Counted from the stretch's first letter, positions 45,170-52,429 are shown. The stretch is DNA of 64,000 nt from Candidatus Parcubacteria bacterium (GCA_963814275.1 CAWFCE010000002.1:554537-618536), one strand, 5' to 3'. The notes: generated by a model from the letters alone, not told the origin. A program made the numbers and translations.

Positions 45170-45931
45170 ATGAAATCACTTATTAAGCACAAAAATTTTC
45201 CGATAGTGTTGTATGTCATCGCGGCATTGGCGGCCTTTTTGCTGGTATTCGCTTTGGCCTTAATGGCATTTTTTAACACCTGGTTTTCGGCGCCGATATC
45301 CAGCTATGTAGCGCCGGACGATAAATATTACATTAACGACCAATACGGCGTTGATGATCCGTACATGACATATAATCCGGGACTGGAAGACATCCTGGCC
45401 GGTCCGATATTAAGCGACCGCGATCCGATGGCGGGGAACACGTCCGCGCCGGTTACTATTGTGGAATATGCCGATTTCCAATGCCAATATTGCCAAAAGC
45501 AGGAGAAACTGCTTAAAGAGATAATGGATAATTACCAAAACAAGGTTCGCGTAATATGGAAGGATTATCCGGAGGCGGACACTGCATCGATCTCTTATCA
45601 GGCCGCCCGGGCCGGCCGCTGTGCTTCGGCCCAAGGCGCATTTTGGCCTTACCACGATTTGCTATTCGAAAATAGCAGCCGTTTATCCTCGGATATTTTT
45701 AGCGAATTGGCAGTTTCATTGGATTTGGATGAGCGGGAATTCGGAAATTGTTTAGCAGGCAATGAAGTTGACGCGATGATAAACGACAACATTGAGGAGG
45801 CAAATGCCCTGGATATAAATGGCGTGCCTTTTTATTATATTAACGACCAGGAACTCTTGGGAGAGGCTGATTATGAAGATTTTGATCGGTTGGTGAAGAT
45901 CGAGCTGAGTAAGGCGGAAAACAAAGAATAA
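45170..45931 (+). CDS. Membrane-anchored DsbA-like thiol:disulfide oxidoreductase
   Basis: ORF opens at 45134 (TTG), but the ATG at 45170 (MKSLIKHKNFPIVLYVIAALAAFLL) is the likely start. Active site is YADFQCQYCQ, and GVPFYYIND is DsbA-like. Confidence 0.85.
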   Translation: MKSLIKHKNFPIVLYVIAALAAFLLVFALALMAFFNTWFSAPISSYVAPDDKYYINDQYGVDDPYMTYNPGLEDILAGPILSDRDPMAGNTSAPVTIVEYADFQCQYCQKQEKLLKEIMDNYQNKVRVIWKDYPEADTASISYQAARAGRCASAQGAFWPYHDLLFENSSRLSSDIFSELAVSLDLDEREFGNCLAGNEVDAMINDNIEEANALDINGVPFYYINDQELLGEADYEDFDRLVKIELSKAENKE

Positions 45932-45996
45932 ACTGTTGAAAATGCGATAAAATAACCAGAAGGTTGTTTTTTATTTGTTAAAGTCTTGTTTTGTGG

Positions 45997-46087
45997 GTAG
46001 GGGCATTGCGCGCAATACCCCAAACGGTGGTGAAATGCACGAATTTTCCATCAAACACGGCCGGGGCATAGCACGCTACGCCCCTAC
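45997..46087. repeat. GC-rich paired-hairpin (REP-like) element in an AT-rich spacer
   Basis: Hairpin GGGGCATTGCG/CGCAATACCCC (46000-46021) and near-palindrome GGGGCATAGCACGCTACGCCCC (46063-46084). Outer pairing GTAGGGGC (45997-46004) / GCCCCTAC (46080-46087). Confidence 0.6.
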
Positions 46088-46176
46088 GCTTTATTATTTA
46101 CGAAATAACTAAATATTAATGAAATATAATTTTATAAACGTTTGCCAATTTATGCTACCCGTTGTAATATAAATGC

Positions 46177-47523
46177 ATGGTTAATAAAATAACAACTATA
46201 TATGCCTGCTCTAAATGCGGCGCCCAGAGCAGTAAGTGGCAGGGCCGCTGCCTGGAATGCGGCGCCTGGGGAACATTTGCGGAGGAAACCGTAGACAAGC
46301 ACGCTGGCCAGACGCGGTTAGCGAACACGGTTCCGGCCGAAATTATCGATCTGGCGACCGTTAAATCCGATAGCGGTAAACGCCTAAATACCGGAATTTC
46401 CGAAATAGACCGCGTTTTCGGCGGCGGTATCGTACCCGGGTCAGTAACACTCGTATCCGGCGATCCGGGCATAGGCAAGTCTACGCTCCTGGCCCAAATC
46501 GCCAGTACTGTTTCGGCCGAAACGGTACTGTATGTTTCGGGTGAAGAATCCGCGCCGCAGATCAAGGACCGGCTGGAGCGGCTCTCCTGCGATTTCGCGA
46601 AAATAAAAATCGCGACCGAAACAAATATCGAGAAAGTATTGTCGGCGGTCGAGCAATTGAAGCCCGCTCTCGTGATTATCGATTCCATCCAGACCGTGTA
46701 TTCACCGTTGAATGACAGTGAAGCGGGCGGCATTAACCAGATCCGATTGAGTGCCCTGCGCTGCCTCGAATTAGCCAAGTGTGATAATATCGCCTTTATT
46801 TTGGTCGGACACATTACCAAGGGCGGCGATGTGGCCGGTCCGAAAACACTCGAACATATCGTCGATGCCGTACTATATTTAACGAGCGAACGGCCGCATC
46901 ATTACCGTATCCTGAGGGCGACCAAGAACCGCTTCGGTTCGATAAACGAGATCGGAATTTTCGAGATGACCGGACATGGCTTCAAAGAAGTAGCCAATCC
47001 TGCCGGGGTTTTTCTGGATGAGCGCCAGGAAGCTTTGCCCGGAACGGTCGTTAGCGTGATCATGGAGGGCACCCGGCCGTTTTTAGTCGAGCTTCAGGCG
47101 CTGGCAACCAAGACGGTGTTCGGCTATCCCCAGCGGAAAGCGAGCGGCTTTGACCTGAATCGCCTGCAGGTGATCGCCGCAGTACTCCAGAAGCGGGCCG
47201 GCATCAATCTGGCCAACCAGGATATAATCCTGAATGTCGTCGGCGGCCTTAGGGTTAGTGATCCGTCATTGGATCTGGCGGTATGTCTGGCAATAATATC
47301 TTCATTGTTGAATCAGACGCTTGACCGTCGGACGGTCGTAGTCGGCGAGGTCGGATTGGGCGGCGAAGTACGCGCTGGCGGGCGGCTCAAAGAACGCCTG
47401 GATGAGGCGTCAAAACTGGGATTTACTTCTGCCTGGGCACCGCCCCTGAAAGACGTTCCGAAAGCCATCAGACTGGAACCGATCAAGCGGTTGGCCGACT
47501 TGGTCGAACTGGTAAAGAAATAA
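46177..47523 (+). CDS. radA: DNA repair protein RadA/Sms
   Basis: 448 aa with zinc ribbon CSKCGAQSSKWQGRCLECGAWGT and Walker A GDPGIGKSTLL. KNRFG motif and a Lon-like C-domain are present. Confidence 0.95.
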   Translation: MVNKITTIYACSKCGAQSSKWQGRCLECGAWGTFAEETVDKHAGQTRLANTVPAEIIDLATVKSDSGKRLNTGISEIDRVFGGGIVPGSVTLVSGDPGIGKSTLLAQIASTVSAETVLYVSGEESAPQIKDRLERLSCDFAKIKIATETNIEKVLSAVEQLKPALVIIDSIQTVYSPLNDSEAGGINQIRLSALRCLELAKCDNIAFILVGHITKGGDVAGPKTLEHIVDAVLYLTSERPHHYRILRATKNRFGSINEIGIFEMTGHGFKEVANPAGVFLDERQEALPGTVVSVIMEGTRPFLVELQALATKTVFGYPQRKASGFDLNRLQVIAAVLQKRAGINLANQDIILNVVGGLRVSDPSLDLAVCLAIISSLLNQTLDRRTVVVGEVGLGGEVRAGGRLKERLDEASKLGFTSAWAPPLKDVPKAIRLEPIKRLADLVELVKK

Positions 47524-48146
47524 TGAGTATTTTACCCCAATCATTTTATGACCGCGACACGCGCATCGTAGCCCAAGATCTCTTGGGCTGTTTTTTGGTT
47601 ATTGATGGCAAAAATCCGCAAAACCACAAAGCTTGGCCGAAGCCCGGACCGGTATCGGCGAAGAGCGGGTTAAAACGATATTTTCTTATTACCGAAACCG
47701 AGGCATATTGCGGCCCCGGGGACAAGGCCAGCCATGCCCATCGCGGCATGACAGCGCGAAATAAAGCAATGTTCGGGCCGCCCGGTAATGCCTATATTTA
47801 TTTCGTCTACGGCATGCACTGGATGCTTAATATCGTTACCGAACGTGATGGTTATCCTGCTGCGGTTCTATTGCGGGGAGCAATAGCGGTAAACAAGCCG
47901 GTTCACGAAAATAATTACGATTTTGCTTTGTTAAAAAAGCTAAACGGCCCGGCCGTATTAACCAAAATTCTGGGCATCGATAAACGTTATAACGGACTGC
48001 CCGTTTTCACTAAAAAACACGGTTTCTGGATAGAAAGCCGTGTTGAACCGATAAAATCCGCAAGAATAATCCGGACACCGCGGATCGGCATCCCATATGC
48101 CGAAGAGTATCGGGATAAGAAATGGCGGTATAATTTTGCCTTTTGA
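47523..48146 (+). CDS. mpg: 3-methyladenine DNA glycosylase (AAG/MPG family)
   Basis: 207 aa. FYDRDTRIVAQDLLG, ITETEAYCG..DKASHA and PGNAYIYFVYGMHWMLNIV are family motifs. The start overlaps the radA stop. Confidence 0.9.
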   Translation: MSILPQSFYDRDTRIVAQDLLGCFLVIDGKNPQNHKAWPKPGPVSAKSGLKRYFLITETEAYCGPGDKASHAHRGMTARNKAMFGPPGNAYIYFVYGMHWMLNIVTERDGYPAAVLLRGAIAVNKPVHENNYDFALLKKLNGPAVLTKILGIDKRYNGLPVFTKKHGFWIESRVEPIKSARIIRTPRIGIPYAEEYRDKKWRYNFAF

Positions 48147-48185
48147 TTTATTTATTTTCCGTATAAATCACATAGTATAATGGCA

Positions 48186-50282
48186 TTAATCCTGTAAAAG
48201 GATTTTTTTGCTTTTCAGCTGGTTTTGGACAAGCGGATGTTTTTCCAGGTCTTTGTCTTTTTTCAATAGCTTCTCCGCTTCATCGCGGGCCGTTTTCATC
48301 AGCTCATAGTCAAATAAGGTCGCCACCTTGAGCTCGGGAAAGCCTTTCTGAGCCGTGCCGTATACCTCGCCCGGGCCGCGCAACTCCAGGTCGATCTTGG
48401 CCAGTTCGAAACCGCTGTGGTGTTGGGATAGCGCTTCGAGGCGCTGTATGGTCACGGGTGAATCGCTGTCGGTAAAAAGGAAACAATAGGATTGATGGGC
48501 GCCGCGGCCGACACGGCCGCGGAATTGGTGGAGCTGGGCCAGGCCGAAGCGATCGGCCCCTTCGATCATCATAATGGTGGCATTGGGTACATCCACGCCG
48601 ACTTCGACCACCGAAGTTGATACTAAAATGCTGATCTTGTTATCCAGGAAATCCTGCATGACCCTTTCTTTCTCCTTTGGTTTTAATCGTCCATGGAGGA
48701 AGCCGATCGGCAGGTCGGGAAATATCGTTTCATCCAGTTTTTTATACTCTTCTTTTACGGATTTTACCCCAGTCTTGTCGGAGATATCGATCAGGGGGCA
48801 AATAACGAATACTTGCCGGCCGTGCCCGATCTCTTTGCGGATGAAGCGGTAACCATCCACTCTCTTATGTTCGGGTACGATATGGGTACTTATCGGTTTT
48901 CGACCAGCCGGCATTTCGTCGATAATCGACAATTTGAGGTCGCCGTATAGTGCCAAAGCCAGTGAGCGGGGAATGGGGGTAGCGGTCATAGTAAGAAGAT
49001 GCGGGATCGGCAGTTCTTTGTTGGCCGCTTTTTTATTATCCGATAATAAGTTAGATTTAGCCATCAAGGCCAGTCTTTGTTCGACGCCGAAGCGGTGCTG
49101 CTCATCGATTATTGCCAGAGCCAAATTGGTGAATTCGATTTTTTCCTGGATGAGCGCATGAGTACCGATGACAATTGGCGAATGGCGAATGACGAATGAC
49201 GAATTCATTTTTTCATTATTCGGATTATTGCTAATGGCGATTTTGCTCCGGGTAACCAAACCGATAGTTAAGCCGAAAGACTTTAAAAGCTTAAGTATGT
49301 TTTCATAATGCTGGTAAGCGAGGATTTCCGTCGGGACCATTAAAGCGGCCTGGTAGCCATTCAAGGCCGTATTGAGCATCGCCATGACCGCAACCACGGT
49401 TTTGCCGCTGCCGACATCACCTTCCAAAAGGCGGGACATGGGGCGATCATTTTGCATGTTTGTTATAATCTCCCAGGCCGCCTTTTTTTGTGCTAATGTC
49501 AAAGTAAATGATAAGTTTTTTACAAAAGCTTTAATTTCATTTTCTCTGAATTTTATTTTCGGCGAAGGGCTGGATTCGAGTTTTTGCCTGGCCAATATGG
49601 TTTGTATTTGGACAAGAAAAAGCTCCTCGAAACCCAGGCGCTTGCGGGCATTATCGATATCGGAGAAGCTGGACGGAAAATGTATCTTTTCTATCGCCCG
49701 CGGCAGGGAAAATAACTTTTGCCGCTTGACGATTTCCGGCGGAAGCCAATCTTCCAGCTGGCCGGCCATCGGCAAAATTTGTTTGACGAGAAAACGGATT
49801 TGTTTCTGGGTAAGATTTGACGTGAGATGATAGATCGGCACCAAACCGCTGGTATGGGTGGTTTGTCCGGAAATTATTTTTTCGTAAACAGGGGATTTGA
49901 GGACTATCGTATTGAAGTTGTCTTCCTCGACTTTCCCGGCCAGCGATACCCGGTCGCCGACATTCAGGTTTTTTGCGATAAAGGGCTGATTGAACCAGAT
50001 GACCTTTGCCTGATCGGTCGTGTCGCTAACGATGGCTTCGGTTATATAGAAACGCTTTCGGTGGCTGCGTTTGTTGCTTATCAGTTCGATTTGCCCGACG
50101 ATATTGGCGCTCGTATTAGGTTGTAAATCTTTTATCGCCGTGATCTTGCGGTAATCTTCATAACGAAAAGGGAAAAAAAACATCAAGTCGCGAACAGTGT
50201 TTATTCCCATTCGCTCCAAACGCGCGGCCGTAGCCTTGCCAACGCTGTACAATTTATCGATTGTGGTATCCAATGTAACCAT
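48186..50282 (-). CDS. recG: ATP-dependent DNA helicase RecG
   Basis: Helicase motifs GDVGSGKT, DEQHRFG and TATPIPR, plus an N-terminal wedge domain. The ORF is open to 50354, but a tRNA terminator occupies 50301-50326. The likely start is MVTLDTTIDKLYSVG at 50282 (alternatives 50288 and 50300). Confidence 0.93.
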   Translation of the reverse strand: MVTLDTTIDKLYSVGKATAARLERMGINTVRDLMFFFPFRYEDYRKITAIKDLQPNTSANIVGQIELISNKRSHRKRFYITEAIVSDTTDQAKVIWFNQPFIAKNLNVGDRVSLAGKVEEDNFNTIVLKSPVYEKIISGQTTHTSGLVPIYHLTSNLTQKQIRFLVKQILPMAGQLEDWLPPEIVKRQKLFSLPRAIEKIHFPSSFSDIDNARKRLGFEELFLVQIQTILARQKLESSPSPKIKFRENEIKAFVKNLSFTLTLAQKKAAWEIITNMQNDRPMSRLLEGDVGSGKTVVAVMAMLNTALNGYQAALMVPTEILAYQHYENILKLLKSFGLTIGLVTRSKIAISNNPNNEKMNSSFVIRHSPIVIGTHALIQEKIEFTNLALAIIDEQHRFGVEQRLALMAKSNLLSDNKKAANKELPIPHLLTMTATPIPRSLALALYGDLKLSIIDEMPAGRKPISTHIVPEHKRVDGYRFIRKEIGHGRQVFVICPLIDISDKTGVKSVKEEYKKLDETIFPDLPIGFLHGRLKPKEKERVMQDFLDNKISILVSTSVVEVGVDVPNATIMMIEGADRFGLAQLHQFRGRVGRGAHQSYCFLFTDSDSPVTIQRLEALSQHHSGFELAKIDLELRGPGEVYGTAQKGFPELKVATLFDYELMKTARDEAEKLLKKDKDLEKHPLVQNQLKSKKILLQD
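49177..49204. repeat. Heptamer tract inside the recG ORF
   Basis: GGCGAAT GGCGAAT GACGAAT GACGAAT. It encodes (minus strand) ...SSFVIRHSPI... in the variable segment before the conserved IVIGTHAL motif. Confidence 0.85.
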
Positions 50283-50300
50283 AAACATATTGTACCACAT

Positions 50301-50326
50301 AAAAAACCCGGCTGTCAGCAGCCGGG
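50301..50326 (-). terminator. Rho-independent terminator after the tRNA cluster
   Basis: Minus strand: CCCGGCTG-CTGA-CAGCCGGG followed by TTTTTT. Confidence 0.8.
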
Positions 50327-50375
50327 AATATTGCGCCGTCTTCCGTAAATGCAAGTAAACTCAGTAAATAGGACG

Positions 50376-50462
50376 CGGTGGGGGTGAGATTCGAACTCAC
50401 GGTTCCCGTTAAGGAACAGCGGTTTTCAAGACCGCCCGATTAAACCGCTCTCGCACCCCACC
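50376..50462 (-). tRNA. tRNA-Ser (anticodon UGA)
   Basis: Manual fold: acceptor GGTGGGG/CCCCACC, anticodon stem GCGGT/ACCGC with loop CU-UGA-AA. Long variable arm and T-arm GTGAG-TTCGAAT-CTCAC. No encoded CCA. Confidence 0.9.
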
Positions 50463-50489
50463 CTGTTTAATTTTTGATTTTCGATTTTG

Positions 50490-50576
50490 CGGAGAGGGAG
50501 GGATTCGAACCCTCGGTACCCGTTAAGATACAACACCTTAGCAGGGTGCCCCTTTCAGCCACTCAGGCACCTCTCC
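50490..50576 (-). tRNA. tRNA-Ser (anticodon GCU), intact copy
   Basis: Manual fold: acceptor GGAGAGG/CCTCTCC, anticodon stem GCACC/GGTGT with loop CU-GCU-AA. Long variable arm GTATC..GGTAC and T-arm GAGGG-TTCGAAT-CCCTC. Confidence 0.9.
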
Positions 50577-50583
50577 CCGGATA

Positions 50584-50841
50584 TTATTCAATTGTATTTA
50601 AAAAATCTTTGATTTGTTGTTTTAAAAAATATCTCCCTTCGGTCGTTTTTAAATATTTTTCTCTTCTTTCAGCGTCACTTTTTAATACGTAGCATTCATA
50701 ATGGATCAATTTCAATGGTCTTTTGTGTCTCGTAGATTTTACTTTTCCATTTTTATGTTCCGCTATTCTTATCTTCAAATCGTGCGCACTGCCTTTGTAT
50801 AATTTTTTATCTTTTAATAATAAAATGTACACATAATACAT
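50584..50841 (-). CDS. Small GIY-YIG nuclease family protein (copy 1)
   Basis: MYYVYILLLKDKKLYKGSAHDLKIRIAEHKNG...KLIHYECY...AERREKYLK has GIY...YIG-type N-terminal motifs (YVYIL / LYKGS), a conserved Arg and a Glu. The track ORF extends to a GTG at 50859. The stop lies 8 nt upstream of the tRNA 5' end. Confidence 0.85.
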   Translation of the reverse strand: MYYVYILLLKDKKLYKGSAHDLKIRIAEHKNGKVKSTRHKRPLKLIHYECYVLKSDAERREKYLKTTEGRYFLKQQIKDFLNTIE

Positions 50842-50861
50842 AAGATTATTATTTCTCACAC

Positions 50862-50978
50862 GGGATTCGCCCAGTCATCCGACTGGGCGCCGGGTCGGAT
50901 GACCCGGCGAACCCTCGGTACCCGTTAAGATACAACACCTTAGCAGGGTGCCCCTTTCAGCCACTCAGGCACCTCTCC
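50862..50978 (-). pseudogene. Truncated tRNA-Ser(GCU) copy: nt 1-~57 intact, T-loop split by a 40-nt insert, 3' acceptor strand missing
   Basis: 50910-50978 is identical to 50508-50576. GGGATTCG (50862-50869) matches the T-arm, but what follows on the minus strand is GTGTGAG rather than TCCCTCTCCG. Confidence 0.85.
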
Positions 50979-50985
50979 CCGGATA

Positions 50986-51243
50986 TTATTCAATTGTATT
51001 TAAAAAATCTTTGATTTGTTGTTTTAAAAAATATCTCCCTTCGGTCGTTTTTAAATATTTTTCTCTTCTTTCAGCGTCACTTTTTAATACGTAGCATTCA
51101 TAATGGATCAATTTCAATGGTCTTTTGTGTCTCGTAGATTTTACTTTTCCATTTTTATGTTCCGCTATTCTTATCTTCAAATCGTGCGCACTGCCTTTGT
51201 ATAATTTTTTATCTTTTAATAATAAAATGTACACATAATACAT
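50986..51243 (-). CDS. Small GIY-YIG nuclease family protein (copy 2, identical)
   Basis: Same translation as copy 1, 402 bp offset. Confidence 0.85.
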   Translation of the reverse strand: MYYVYILLLKDKKLYKGSAHDLKIRIAEHKNGKVKSTRHKRPLKLIHYECYVLKSDAERREKYLKTTEGRYFLKQQIKDFLNTIE

Positions 51244-51263
51244 AAGATTATTATTTCTCACAC

Positions 51264-51380
51264 GGGATTCGCCCAGTCATCCGACTGGGCGCCGGGTCGG
51301 ATGACCCGGCGAACCCTCGGTACCCGTTAAGATACAACACCTTAGCAGGGTGCCCCTTTCAGCCACTCAGGCACCTCTCC
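51264..51380 (-). pseudogene. Truncated tRNA-Ser(GCU) copy carrying the native upstream flank
   Basis: Same structure as 50862-50978. Sequence beyond 51380 (AAAATAAATAAC...) differs from the CCGG-ORF junction of the other copies, so this is the original 5' end of the locus. Confidence 0.85.
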
Positions 51381-51458
51381 AAAATAAATAACTAGCAAAT
51401 AAACTATTTACTAGTTAGCAAAAAAATGCTATAATTACTATACAAAATATAATATCCA

Positions 51459-51971
51459 TTGTCAAACCTTATGGAGGATAAAAAGCCGAAAACCGCATAT
51501 GGCAATATATATGCCCAGTGGCAAGTCGAGGAATTCGACAAGCACGAACGCAGCAAAAATTGGTATATTGCCGCGATTACCGTTGCTTTTGTTCTGATGC
51601 TATTTGCTTTTTTAACCGGAAATTTCTTGTTTGCCGTAATTATAATAATCGCGTCGCTGATCATAATTCTTCATGACGGGCAGACTCCGGACCAAGTGCG
51701 GTTTTTTATAGCGGATGACGGCGTCAATATCGGTAGAAGGTTCTATGAATGGGATGAAATCAAGAATTTTTCCATTGTTTACAAACCGCGCCAAAAAATC
51801 AAAAAGCTTTATTTCGAATTCAAGAGTTTTTTAATTCACCGATTATCCGTAGATTTGCACGACCAGGACCCGGTTTCTATCCGGAAACACCTGGTCCAGT
51901 ATTTGCCGGAAGATACGGAACGCACTGACCTGCCTTTGTCCGAGGTACTTGCCAAAATTTTTAAAATATAG
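51459..51971 (+). CDS. Hypothetical membrane protein (two adjacent TM helices, C-terminal soluble domain)
   Basis: 170 aa with WYIAAITVAFVLMLFAFLTGNFLFAVIIIIASLIIIL. No family recognised. Confidence 0.7.
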   Translation: MSNLMEDKKPKTAYGNIYAQWQVEEFDKHERSKNWYIAAITVAFVLMLFAFLTGNFLFAVIIIIASLIIILHDGQTPDQVRFFIADDGVNIGRRFYEWDEIKNFSIVYKPRQKIKKLYFEFKSFLIHRLSVDLHDQDPVSIRKHLVQYLPEDTERTDLPLSEVLAKIFKI

Positions 51972-52055
51972 TATGTTTCAGAAGGATAAATACCGCATAT
52001 TTGGCGTATTTATCCTGTTTTATTTATAGACTGGGCGTATTTTAAAGCGCTTATA

Positions 52056-52090
52056 ATTCGACATTCGAAAATCGTAAATCGAAAATTCCC
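52056..52090. repeat. Heptamer-periodic tract abutting tRNA-Arg
   Basis: ATTCGAC ATTCGAA AATCGTA AATCGAA AATTCCC, ending 1 nt before the tRNA 5' end. Confidence 0.8.
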
Positions 52091-52091
52091 G

Positions 52092-52163
52092 CACCCGTCG
52101 TTCAACGGATAGGACACAAGATTGCGGATCTTGTAATCTAGGTTCGATTCCTAGCGGGTGCAC
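52092..52163 (+). tRNA. tRNA-Arg (anticodon GCG)
   Basis: Manual fold: acceptor GCACCCG/CGGGTGC, D-stem GTTC/GGAC, anticodon stem CAAGA/TCTTG with loop UU-GCG-GA. T-arm CTAGG-TTCGATT-CCTAG, discriminator A, no encoded CCA. Confidence 0.85.
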
Positions 52164-52177
52164 ATCATAATAAATCC

Positions 52178-52205
52178 CGCCCCGGTTTACCGGGGCGGTT
52201 TTTAT
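52178..52205 (+). terminator. Rho-independent terminator after tRNA-Arg
   Basis: CCGCCCCGG-TTTA-CCGGGGCGG followed by TTTTTAT. Confidence 0.8.
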
Positions 52206-52429
52206 TGTGCATTTGCCGGGCAGAGAATCTAGCTTGACCCAAGGCGACAGGACGAACAAAGAAAAATAATATTAAAATTATTTATTACAAAATAGTCAAA
52301 TTAGCAGCAAATTTATTATTTATTATTAGATAAAATATTTTTGGTAATATTATGGCTTCTCGCGTGTATATATATATGAAGCATTTTTTAATTTATTTTA
52401 TATATCCTTAAAATTTAAAAATGTGAAAA

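Larger units (their letters stand above)
50506..51380. repeat. Perfect 402-bp tandem repeat, 2.18 units (tRNA-Ser 5' part + GIY-YIG gene + double hairpin)
   Basis: 50506-50907 and 50908-51309 read identically by eye. 51310-51380 repeats the first 71 nt. AT-rich ORF core, unlike the flanks. Confidence 0.9.

Noticed and set aside
26273-45931. The T4SS-like block as an integrative conjugative element or plasmid remnant.
   Set aside because: No integrase, relaxase, coupling protein, replication gene, flanking direct repeats or tRNA boundary was found. The flanks are housekeeping genes (rsmA, radA). I keep it as a chromosomal system, but whole-genome context is needed.
50283-50354. A 5' extension of recG up to 50354.
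   Set aside because: The extension would run through the rho-independent terminator of the tRNA cluster (50301-50326). The RecG-like sequence only begins at MVTLDTTIDKLY.
50584-51380. GIY-YIG ORFs as homing endonucleases of a self-splicing group I intron in tRNA-Ser.
   Set aside because: The interruption is in the T-loop rather than the anticodon loop. No 3' exon follows the ORF; a complete new tRNA copy follows instead. I could not recognise group I core helices. The layout fits insertion plus duplication better than an intron, but a covariance-model scan would be needed to exclude an intron formally.
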